DNA of 60,007 nucleotides, counting the filler, from Stramenopiles sp. TOSAG23-2 (taxonomy: Eukaryota), in assembly GCA_900128395.1 (NCBI GenBank). It is 4 parts of 4 records of this genome, joined end to end, with 100 filler letters (N's around TTAATTAATTAA, not from the genome) between each part and the next. Parts side by side here need not be neighbours in the genome. Positions count along the whole stretch, not along the records: positions 45,100 to 60,007 come from LT649740.1; 3 more parts are not named here. One strand, written 5' to 3'. Within the stretch, counting starts at the first letter, position 1; the number at the start of each line of letters is the position of its first letter. Positions 45,551 through 57,100 of the stretch are shown here, piece by piece. The notes beneath the pieces were generated by a model that made no database searches, was not told the origin of the DNA, and saw only the letters and a program-made list of their open reading frames with translations. The translations under genes were made by a program, and so were the position numbers.

Positions 45551-45681
45551 CGACACAGGAAAAATCAAAAAATTGTACATCGACACTTGCAAATCATATG
45601 CAGTATTGTACATCGACGCAGGAAAAATAAAAAAATTGTACTTCGAGCTTGTATAGGGATCCACTTACTTATTAGTATACA
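45551..45681 (+). repeat. Iteron-like repeat block, copy 1
   Basis: ttgtacatcgac-type units at 45573, 45606 and 45636, followed by tagggatccacttacttattagtataca; homologous to 52923-53005. Confidence 0.85.
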
Positions 45682-46047
45682 TTTCGCAAATTCGTAATAG
45701 TAAACAGTGTTATGAAATAATGGCACTAAAATAAATTAATAATAAACAATTAAACCCGCAAGCACCCTGTTGATGGATTGGTACGTGATGGACTACCGCC
45801 ACACATATAACAACAGCTGTAGGAAGATTCAACACACTTTCCAACACACACAAATCAATATATATTGTATTGAGCAATTTAAAAATAAAAGAGAACATAC
45901 GTTGATTTTATTGCGGTTAATTTCCAGTGAAACGTCATTTACCAGTTTTTTTTATCCATATTTCGTTTCACGATGGTGCCAATACCAAGTTGGTTCCGAT
46001 ATTGGTTGATATTGCAAGTAACAACATATCCATATGCATTTGGAGAC

Positions 46048-46191
46048 ACCGACACAACATACTTTTACGAGTATATTTACCCGTATGCGAGGCTAGACTT
46101 TATCAAGGGGCGTCTAAAATTGGTAGATTTGACAGGCGTGTCGAAAAAGCCAACATCGGCGCCATTTCCCAGCATGATGGGCATATTCTAG
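46048..46191 (+). pseudogene. C-terminal fragment of phage-type DNA N6-adenine methyltransferase (Dam, PF05869-like)
   Basis: TDTTYFYEYIYPYARLDFIKGRLKL...SAPFPSMMGIF resembles the family tail (R)TDTxWFHxY...IRFIRGRLKF...SAPFPSxxxIF; no NPPY catalytic motif upstream. Confidence 0.65.
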
Positions 46192-46233
46192 GAATAAGCG
46201 GGAAACAATAGGTAGCCATTGAAATTGCAAACC

Positions 46234-46518
46234 ATGTTCACTCTCCTACTTCGCTGCAACTATCCCGCCCAACTGATTGGTTTTTATCACCAAAACAAAA
46301 CCGCTACATCTGATTTATCGTTCGCCAAGCTGGTGCCATGCGAACCAAAAGACGCATTGTACCGATGGGGAACGCCAGAGGACGCTGCTGAGGTACAGTA
46401 TGACTACAGCGACTATGGGGTTTTGACGTACCGCTTTGAGACCTCCTACCCGCCGTATGAATGGTTGCGGGCGGTGAGAGGATGCTATCCGTGGTTGAGT
46501 GTATGCCTACAAGTGTAA
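46234..46518 (+). CDS. YubB/DUF1281 C-terminal ferredoxin-like protein (phage/plasmid/giant-virus type)
   Basis: LSFAKLVP...RWGTPEDA...LTYRFETSYPPYEWLRAVRGCYPWL resembles F.klvP...WGTKWda...l.y.F.TAwsPP..w......yP.l. Confidence 0.55.
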   Translation: MFTLLLRCNYPAQLIGFYHQNKTATSDLSFAKLVPCEPKDALYRWGTPEDAAEVQYDYSDYGVLTYRFETSYPPYEWLRAVRGCYPWLSVCLQV

Positions 46519-46749
46519 AAGATTCTACTAATTACCTCTTGGATGTTACCAAACGATGGCGCAACGTTCTAATTTCTTTCTTCCTCTTGATTCTGGCTGC
46601 AAATAGATGGAGAAAATCCGATATGAGTATCTACATCATTGCCAATTCAATGACGAAGGGCACGTTCTGATTTGGAAACACAACGATGGGCATCTTGCAA
46701 AACTCCTCTTCTATGGTACTAACTATACGATATGTGCTAGTATATTATA

Positions 46750-49700
46750 TTAACTTGTCGGTGCAACCTTTGTTAAATTTCGTTCTTTATTATTACTGTT
46801 TTTCTTCTTCTTCGTTTTTTCTCTCATTTTACTAACTTTAACAACAGCAACTTCTTTCATACAGAAACAAAATCCGATTATTAATATAATTGTACCTATC
46901 CATTCAAATCCAAATGATATAACGTTTAAAATAGGAGAATGGGTCATCATTTTTCTTTGTGTATTACCTTTTATAACTTCACCACTATCAATTTCTTTTG
47001 TTTCTATAGAGGTTAATATATAATAATTTATATATCCAGCAATTAATATAAAAAGTTCAGCGCCACTTAACAAAATATCTAATATATTATTTGTGCTACG
47101 TATACGTTTTTTATCATCTCCTCCAGTTTTGCTTGGATCTTTTATTTTTAATTCTCTATCTAGCAGAAACGGTTGACATATTAACAATGCAATGAAATAA
47201 CTAAGACACAATCCAACTTGCATTGGTAATGCATATTCTTGTCGATTTGTTAAAAACATTGCAACGCAACCCACCATTAATTTTCTTATTACTATTACAA
47301 ATTCCCAAAAATAAAATTTATCTGAAAATTTATCAAATATCCAGCCTAGAATATATTTGTTTTGAGATTATTTTAGAATAATAGTAATTGATGTTAGTTA
47401 GTTTATATATTTAATAAATATTGTCATTAGATATGATGATATTTTGAATTAAATATTAATAGCATAATATATATAAGATTTAAACTTACCAAATTTTCCG
47501 TAATTGTCGTCACTAATATCCTCAGCCCATTTTGGTTTTTGAAACATTTTTTTGATTTTGGTTGTAAAATGAAAATCAAACACATAATGTAAAATTAAAT
47601 ACGTCGATCCTATACCATATAATGGAAACGCAACAAATAGCCCAGTAAATGCAACAAAGGAATTTGTTGTAGATGCACCTGCAGCATTATATAATATGTA
47701 CATACTATAAACCGATGAACAAAAAAACAGTATGATTACAGTTGCGTGAAACGATTTTTTGCTGCAGTACCCTCGGTTTAGAATACATCGTTTTTGAATA
47801 AAATATAAACTCAATAGCAACAACGGCACCACAATAATAGCTGCTAAATTATAATAATTATCAAACAACGACACGCATAAAACATTAGGGTCGGAATCAA
47901 ACGTTATAGAACCATCTGCCTGAGTTGTACAATCAAATGCCGACAATACTTGAAGAAGAACTATTGCATACAAGGAGTTTATCCATATATAAGTGCCAAC
48001 TGATATAACACGTTGGGGATTACCAAATCGAAAACCAAATGATCGGTTAAATCCAACAGATGCAACTTTATACCAACAACTAAAAAATACGAATAATAAT
48101 AATGGCACAAATATTTTTGATAGATATATATCGTTTGTTGAAAATTGCCATGCACATTCAGGCGATGAGGCAGCTCCACTTATATCAATCGTCAGAATAT
48201 TTAATATGCTTTGTAATAAATGAAGGAGCCATGGTGGTAAATGTGGCAATCGTAAAGTTGGAAATGTAATGTTTAATGTCATTGAATGTGAAATTAGTAT
48301 TCCAATAATACCTGTTAAACGCCGCGCGCGTGCAAAAACATTCATTTTTTTATCATCGTCGTCAATGTTGCTTGCATTGTTTTCCATGGAGGCTTCTTCT
48401 TCATCATTTGAAAGAATATTCTGTTTAAACTGGTCTTTTTTATTCTCAAGATGCTCAGCTTGCGTTTCATCTTCACTCTCTTTGTTGTTTTCTTCACTCC
48501 CATCTTTTGTACCCGGTTTCACTGCAGCATCTAACGTTTGATAAATTCCATATAAAACTGAAATAACGCCAAAAACAATTGCTATTAAAAATGTCATGTT
48601 AGAGTCTGGGCAACGTAAGCATTCGCCATTAGCTTTGTAATATCTTGGCATGCATTTCATACAAGCTAATCCTTCTCTATTCCTTGTACATGTGATTCCA
48701 CCTAAACAATGTTGGGGTTGTGGACACGTGAAGCATTGGTCGTTCCGTAGATATAAACCAGATTGACAGCACACTGCTATACCAACTAGTCCTTCATTAA
48801 ATATACATGATTTACATACTCCTTGTGCTGTTTGATCATTAAATGTTAAACTGGGACAATCAATGCAAGCTGTTTCGTATACTTGACCTTCTATACCATT
48901 GTACTTTCCAATGTTACATTCTTGGCATACACTTTCATCAATCATTCCTACCCCATTATTAAATTTACCTTTACTACAATTCTTGCAAGTTACTTGGCCT
49001 TCCAAATCATTGTACTTCCCGGGGTCACAGGTCGAACAGCCAGTTGCACCTTCAAATTCAGCAAATTCTCCTTTTGCACATAATGTGCAATTTATTTGAC
49101 CTTCCTCCCGACTAGATTTACCGATATCGCAATTCTTGCAAGTTACTTGGCCTTCCAAATCATTGTACTTCCCGGGGTCACAGGTCGAACAGCCAGTTGC
49201 ACCTTCAAATTCAGCAAATTCTCCTTTTGCACATAATGTGCAATTTATTTGACCTTCCTCCCGACTAGATTTACCGATATCGCAATTCTTGCAAGTTACT
49301 TGGCCTTCCAAATCATTGTACTTCCCGAGGTCACAGGTCGAACAGCCAGTTGCACCTTCAAATTCAGCAAATTCTCCTTTTGCGCAATTTAAACATACAT
49401 TTTCTGATGTTTGACTTTCACCAGATAAAGAATATTTACCAGCAATACATTCAATACAAACATTTTCGTTTATTTGACCTGGGCCTGCAATTGAATATTT
49501 ACCACTAATACAATTTAAACATATATTTTCTGATGTTTGACCTGGGCCTGATATTGAGTATTTTCCTGCTGTACAATTTTTGCAAGCTACAAACTCATTG
49601 GATTGACCTTCTACATCATTAAATTTACCAGCACCACAATTTTTGCAAGCTACTTGGCCTTCCAAATCATTATATGTACCTATGTCGCAATTTAAACATA

Positions 49701-52020
49701 CATTTTCTGATGTCTGACCAGGACCTGATATTGAATATTTACCGGCTGTACAATTCTTGCAACTTGTTTGTTCTTTTATATTATTATATGACCCATTTTC
49801 GCATAAATATTGATTTTCTCCGTCGCAATAGGAACCTATTGCACATCTTGTATTGCAAATAACACCTAATTTTTCATTAGTGTTGTTTACTGCAATACAA
49901 GGACCAGTAACCGGTCTTTCAATACATAATTTCGATGAACAATTTTGCCAAGTAGCTTTTATGTTTTGATTATTCGGGTCATATGCATAAAAACTTTCAT
50001 TACTGTATGGATCACTGAAATGTGTGTTTACTATTGTGAAAGTTGGCGCGCATCCATTGCTCCCTGTTTCTGCAAATATATGATGCCCTTGTTTACTAGA
50101 TGCATAATTGCCAATGAAAGATGTACCTTGTGTTATTACATGCATATTACCCGTAATATGCAACCCACCTCCGCCATTTAAAGTTATGTATAGTTCGGTG
50201 TTGTATTTTATAATACAATTTACTAATAATAATGTATGCGATTGCCAATCGTTATAAGCTGTTATTCCGTGCCCTTGATTGTGAGCAATAGTCGTATTAT
50301 ATAATTCTACATTCTCTATATAACCATAATATATGCCTTCCTCATTATTATTGGATATATTACTGTTGTATACTTTCAATATTCCCCTACCACCCCAACT
50401 ATAAATGCCTTTACCATTATTTATAATATGGCTAGAATATATTATAACACTTGGGTACCCATCAATTTGATGAATAGCCATGCGATTATCCTTAAAAACA
50501 CAAAAACTGGCCTCGAAGACACCCCTGTTAAATATAGATCCTAGTACATAAGATCCAACTAATTTTAAATTCTGAAGTGTCAACTTTCCACTACTAAGTA
50601 CGTAAAAATGCCTACTGCCACTTGCAGGTTTTACTGTAGATAAATCACTTTTATTAGTACCTACAATTTGTAAAGCATCGGATACGACCACATGACTATG
50701 GCCTAAAATAGTGCAATTAGATCCTAATGTAAAATTTCCTGTGTTTGAAGTAACTGCGCAATCCCATTCCAACGGGTGGGCTATGCAATCAGATGCCTGT
50801 ATAGAACCCTCATTGAGTGTTGTAGGCTTCTCCGCAGGGCATTTAATACATGTATTGTTTGAATCACTTGGATTGTAATATCCACGCAAACATTTGTGAC
50901 ATATTTTATTTGCACAAACACAATTAATCATGCTATTGCACATAGCATATGTTTGTACAAATTCACCTTCACCAGTATTAAACATAAATCTGTGCAGATC
51001 TGGTCTGTTATGAAGAGTGCAGCCATATGTCCAATCATCTCGATCATTTACACTTCCATATCCACCATATCCACCATATCCAATGTGCCCAAATGAACCA
51101 TGATTTCTAAGACCACTTGCCGCAGCTTCGCATGCTGTTGGGGATACAATTCTATTTATACACTTGCCAGAAGTGATAATTTCATTTAATGCTTCGTATC
51201 CAGGCAAACACACATCATCGCATTGTACACCTGCCTTTGTATTTGAATTATCGACCGCCGTGCATGATCCAGTAAACTGATTTTCTGTGCATATATTAAT
51301 ATTGTCTGAACAAGTTGTAACAATATAATTACTATTGCCATTTGGGTTGTTTTTAAAGTATGTATTTATTAATGATATGGTTGGTGAGCCATCGGAACAT
51401 ATATCGTCTGCAACAACACTGTTATTGATATAGTTGGAAATAAAGGACGATCCAATTATCTTTGTATTAGTATTATCAGTCAAATATATTCCTCCACCAG
51501 CACAATTACCACTTGTGCTTGTAACTATATTAAACGTAAACTCTGTGTTGGATATGTCCACGTTAGCTAAATTGTTGGAGGCGCCATCTATATGAAGACC
51601 ACCACCAACATATGCTTTGTTATTGTGTATGCTAGAAAAATATAGATTCAAATTTCCTCCGCTTGAAGATATTAAAATTGATCCACCGTAGTTAGCAGGA
51701 ACATCACTGTAGACAGTTACATCCCCACCAACTAAATTAACGTAACGCAAAATAAGTTTATGACTTGGATTATTTATATAGAAATGGCGCTTATTTGTTG
51801 CGGCAGTTATGGTGGCTAGGTTACCATAATTATTAGTAGCAGTGCCATTAATTTCTAATGTATTTGTAATAGAAACATGGTCATTACCTGAAATGGCACA
51901 GTCACTACTACGTGTAAACGTCCCAGTGTTTGTAGTACTAGCACAATCCCACTCCGCCGCACGCACATAAGCAGCCAGCAAAAAACAGCACCAAACAGCA
52001 GCAAGCGCTTGGCGGTTCAT
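46750..52020 (-). CDS. Large secreted-type receptor: duplicated beta-helix (PMP-like) modules, Cys-rich repeats, multi-pass TM region; 2 exons, join(47490-52020, 46750-47345)
   Basis: Signal peptide; GGxI repeats; CxxCxxGxY repeats. Intron 47346-47489 (GTAAGT, CTAAC, TAG) restores YGKFGWIFDKFSDKFYFWEFVIVIRKL in frame. Confidence 0.87.
48977..49383. repeat. 153-bp near-perfect coding tandem repeat (about 2.7 copies, 51 aa)
   Basis: caattcttgcaagttac at 48977, 49130 and 49283; one substitution seen (cccgggg/cccgagg). Confidence 0.93.
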
Positions 52021-52179
52021 AACGTTTGTAGGATAGATAGAGTTTGCCAGTCGTTGAAAACGTTACTGTGGAAATTAATAAGAACCTTGTGTAGCTATTA
52101 TTTGTCCTAATCAACAGTCGTGGAAACTAGTTCGTGACTGCAATTACTAAATCAATCCAGTAGAAACACAACCTCGCGA

Positions 52180-52600
52180 AAACAACAACCAAGTTGCTCA
52201 ACAAACAGTAGATCAACAGTTATGCAAGAAGTCTACTAAAAGTATATTTGCTCCACGTTCGAAGCGATATCAAAAACTTTTTTGTAAAAAACCAATCGAC
52301 CACGTAAAACAATAGCTATGCGCGTTTCCAAAAGAATAGACGCGCGTTAGTACAATCGAATGCTTGAAAGGCAACTATACGCCCAAAAACAACTATGCGC
52401 AAATAAATAACCAAAGCCGCTAAAACAACCGTAGATCAACCACAATCGAAGACCTAATATATATATATATATCCGTCCAACGATCCCAAAAACCCTTTGG
52501 TGAAACAACGGTATATAAAAATAGCTATGCACGTCCAAAAAATATTAAATACGCGTTAATACAATCTTGCTCTTGCAACAAAACTATATACTAAATTTTT
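52180..52600. repeat. Degenerate tandem duplication (period about 210-220 bp) upstream of the receptor gene
   Basis: gtagatcaac at 52208/52431, atagctatgc at 52312/52521, cgcgtta-tacaatc in both copies. Confidence 0.7.
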
Positions 52601-52856
52601 GTATATGATTTGTAGAATGATATAATTGCAAACGAAATTTTTGGTGGATGTACCGTTTATTACATCTTTATTTATTTTTTTTTTATTTTAGTTTATGTTA
52701 TATATAGCTTTTACATAGCGTTTATGAACTATTTATTCATTTTTTAAAACTCTGTGAACAAACTGCCAACTTTAAAGGATTTGCCTATTTGCCAACAGCT
52801 CGGACTCTCATGTTTGCAATGCTGTGTCCATATGGCCAACAGGCGATTACAAGAAC

Positions 52857-53005
52857 CAAGTGTCGATGTACAATGGCAATACGACCGTACGCTGACAATA
52901 GCACTAGAGTGCTATTATCAACAAAAATTGTACATCGACACTTGCAAATCATGCAGTATTGTACATCAAGCTCGTTTAGGGATCATCTTACTTATTAGTA
53001 TACAC
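52857..53005 (+). repeat. Iteron-like repeat block, copy 2, with perfect 18-bp inverted repeat
   Basis: caagtgtcgatgtacaat (52857-52874) is the exact reverse complement of attgtacatcgacacttg (52927-52944); second unit at 52959; tail tagggatcatcttacttattagtataca. Confidence 0.88.
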
Positions 53006-53248
53006 ACGTACTCTAGGCCGTTCACAACATTAGCTACAATTTCAACGAGTTGAAACCACCCCATTATAAATTCAAATTTTTACTCCCTCGTTTCGCATTT
53101 AGGAACGCATCCACGCCCTGGAATATCTTTTGCAGCACGTTGAAGTCTTCCAAGGCGAACCGCAGCGCCATTCCGTTCGGGGTTTGTATATCTTTGAATT
53201 TTCTTTTGAGCTTCTCGAAAAGCGTGTCCAAGGCCTGGGCCGTAAGAA

Positions 53249-53596
53249 ATGGATTTAGACGTTGCTCGTTCACGGCAGTTCGAAGACAGCCTCGCGCGTT
53301 TTATTACTCGAAAAGCGTTTCCAAAATACAAATGCTACATTGAAGCAGCTACCATCGTGAGGCATATTCATCCAATACTGGTTCACAACCAAGGCAAGTT
53401 TGAGATATTCACCAAACGAGTGAAGGAACCTTTGTTCAAAATAACAAGGGACAGGGCTCAGAGCCGTCGTGCCTGCATCAGTTTTATTCGCCGTTTGACA
53501 CAGTACTATGGAAATTGCATGGTGATGAAACGCAAGTCGGCGGAAGTAGATGGCAAGGCGGTGTCGGTCTATTTGTACGCGTTGGTAAAGGTTTAA
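53249..53596 (+). CDS. Small basic hypothetical protein with non-host composition
   Basis: 115-aa ATG-started ORF, visibly more GC-rich at third positions, no poly-Asn. Confidence 0.5.
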   Translation: MDLDVARSRQFEDSLARFITRKAFPKYKCYIEAATIVRHIHPILVHNQGKFEIFTKRVKEPLFKITRDRAQSRRACISFIRRLTQYYGNCMVMKRKSAEVDGKAVSVYLYALVKV

Positions 53597-54161
53597 CCAT
53601 AATATCTTAATTTAGTTAGTTTTAATATGAATCATCTCTTTTAGAACATATCTGCCAGAGCTTCCTTTTTCATCTCTCTCTCTCTTTTAGGTAGCCACCA
53701 TTCGTATCTCTCTCTAAGTATCGTAACTACAGCAGTAGTGATGCTATTATTCAATGCAACACAACCAGCATTATGTAAGTATTATGTATATTTGCATATT
53801 TGCATCTTCTTCTTTTGCATGTACGCAGGTTGTTTTTATTTTTTATTGTTGATGATGAGTAAGTAACACTATTATATGTCAATATATTTTCTTATGTAAT
53901 CAAACTCTCTAGCGATTAAAATTAAGATCATATTATTACTACCACTACACAAAAATCTTCTCATCTCCTCATCCATTATTCATTTTGTTGTTGTTGGATA
54001 ATAGCAGCACGGCACGAAAAAATTAAAATAATGGTACAACGGTACGACATTATTCAAAAATATTCATAGACCATTGTTATTCATTTTAAATCAAATAGAA
54101 AAGACATAGGAACGCAAATTATTCATTTAGCGTTTTCGGAGTCTAGTTATTTTAAAACAAA

Positions 54162-57100
54162 TCAAAGTATTTTCACACTACCAGGTTTACAGAATCCACC
54201 AAATTTATCTTCACATGTAAAGTATCTCGTCCCTTTGATGCTGCCATCATTTTTGCCTACTGCTTCATCAAATTGCACACCAATCCAATAACCAGGGCCA
54301 ATTTCTTTAACTTCACCCACAAACATTATTGTAGCTTTTCTGTCTCGAGGTAGTTCACAGCGATTACCAATATCAATGCCAGGTATCAGTTGAAAGTTTG
54401 TGGGTGTTGCACGTTTAAATTTCCTTTTGTTTTCTGATTTTCTTCGTTGAATTCTATGTTCTAAAGATTTCTTCTTCTGTAGGTGGTTCTTTGCTACCTC
54501 TTCTTTCTTTCGAATCAAATGCTTTGAATCTTCCTTGTTCTTTCGCTTAATTTGACCGACTTCAGAATGTTTTCTAGCTATATTTTTGACTTTATTAATA
54601 TGTTTCGAACTACCATGAAATAGGATATTGTCTTTTTTGTTAGACTTTCCGCTGACTGGTAATAACTGACGTTTCCGTTTTTCTATAATTCGTTTCCGCA
54701 TCCTAGCTGCAAATAATTTGGTACCTGAGGCTGTTCTAATACCACCTTTTATTTTCATTTGATGAACGTTCACAGGCAACAACATTGTTTTTTTCATTTG
54801 GATGTATTGCTTACGTCTTTGGTAGGCTATAATTTTGGTATTTGCAACGTTATTGATTGTTAACTTATGTTCCTTATTATGTCCCAATTCAGGATGAATT
54901 TTTATTGAGTTTTTTCGTTTTCTGAATGTGTTTATACCAACATTGAATTTTGTTCGTATTCGCCTCATTAATGGCGATTTAAAATATCGCCGTCTTCTTG
55001 ATTCAACTACTGCATTATCAATTATTGATTTAGTATGTGCAATAGAAGCTATAGATACTTCCGTGTCTAGAAATTTTTTTGCGACGTCTTTTGTCATTAG
55101 TTTACTTAATCGAAATGCTTCTTCGGATTCTGTAGCTAACAATTGAAATTCATCATGAAATTCTTCCAGCAATTTTCGAATGTCACTAGTCTCCATCCAC
55201 TTTACATGGTGTTTTTGTTGATCTGCCCATTCTTGTAATAATCGTCTATTTATATCCCTTTTTGAGTTTTGCTTCATTGACAGACACATATTTCGTAGCC
55301 ATGGTATTGTTAATATTATTGCTACAATACCCAGAAACATTGATATAAACGCCATTGATACTAAAACAATATCAAAGAATTTCTGTTCGTACTCGTCACT
55401 AATTTTCATTTCTCTGTACATTTTCAAGCACAAACCGCTTATCATTGTTAATAACAAATTGGTTGATAAAATGATTGCTAAAATGTTATCATAATATGCT
55501 CGATATGGTCGTTTACTATTAAATCAATATCGATATGATTGTTAGCATTATATAGAAGCACAAAATACATTAATTATAGAGAGACGGATATGATACTTAC
55601 TAAGCTATCAATGTGACCCAAAAGACACAAACCAAAATGCCCAAAAAGAGTTGTGCAACACTTTCTTCTCCTACTAATATAAGCCCCCCTGTTAACATCA
55701 AACGCCTTGTCAAATCAATTAAATCATAGTAGTAACATTCGGGTGTATAATGTCGATAAATCGATCCAAATTGCTTTAAAACTTTACGATGCAGCTTTCT
55801 ATCCACTGCAGTCTCATCATGTAAGTGCTCACGATTTTTAACCAAGACAATGAATTGTACAAGTGGAACACCAATAACATAGATCAGCATGCATACGATT
55901 GCAAGTATACCATAATTCCACCATCCGCCTTCAAAACATGTTACACTATAATCAGCTGTTAAGTAATAATGGTCTTGGACTTTTTTGCATTTGAATAAAC
56001 GGAAAATTCTCGTACTGACCCCTGTATATAATCCAAATGCCAACAATTGCATTAATGTATATAATCGTGTCCATATACTCTCATTTGTAAACTGGGGTTT
56101 GCAGCAGCTGCATTTACATAATCGAACACGGCATTGAATAACTTTCCATACAAAGTAAATGCATAAACTTAGTAATGGACCTACCATCATATGAAAAACG
56201 AATTTCTGATTAAACCCGGTTTGCATGGTACAACTTATCTCGCCAAAAAAAACGTATATATCAAAAGATGTTAATTCCATCAATTTCATCGTTTGTACTA
56301 ACAGTGGTGGCCACGGAACATCAAATACTATTGGGGCATAAGTCATGCATTGGGTAAATCCGAATAGAATTTTTAATTTCATCAATGTAACCCCAATATG
56401 TTTAGCGGAATCAGCAACTTGCTTTTTCTTTTTTTTCAACTTTTTTGCCCTAACTCGGATTTTTTCGATTCTTTCCTCTTTTGTTTCTTTCTTCAATTCT
56501 TCTCCACATATGTACTTTTCAAGCTCGGGTAATTCAATACGACCACTTCTATCATAGTCCACCATTTCAAAAATGTGTTGAATTTCTCTATGAGTGAAAT
56601 GCCCATGATGCTGCTCGATAAATGTTCTAAATGCTTTTAAATTCAATTTTGCTTTGCCTTTATCAAAAATATGATCTAAGTCTTCGATGTAACTTAACTT
56701 TTCCCGCAACAAGTCTTCATCCGCTTTTGACAATGTTCGTTGCGTTAGAAATATATACAAGAAAATCATGAAAAAAAACAATGTAATTATACCAGCATAC
56801 AAAAGATCACCGGTTGGCATCGATGGCATTGACGGTTTATATCCAGGGCAGCTAGAACAGAGACCTTTCTGGAACACATAATCTTTCGCACAAACTGCGC
56901 ATAATGGCGAGGCATTATCATAACCTTTTGAACACCGGTTTGAAATATTTAAACCACCAATGCATGAATTAGGTATAACACATTTGTATAATTTATACTT
57001 TTCAAAATTAGGTGATGCCGGGTAGTAACGCCAGTAATTTTCCTCTACTGGTGGTGTCGTGACTTCGATTTTGTTACATACCATACCTTCTGTACATTCT

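Noticed and set aside
45551-45650. CRISPR-like array (repeat-spacer pattern of ttgtacatcgac)
   Set aside because: Repeat is only about 13 bp with 3 units; spacers are about 18 bp and two resemble each other; no cas genes; eukaryotic context.
46700-46745. Helitron 3' end (CTAG followed by T at 46737-46741)
   Set aside because: No GC-rich hairpin 10-20 nt upstream and no Rep/helicase; CTAG alone is uninformative.
53680-53830. Possible orphan exon and intron on + (tttag...gtaagt...cgcag)
   Set aside because: No start or downstream ORF could be linked; splice-like words alone are insufficient.
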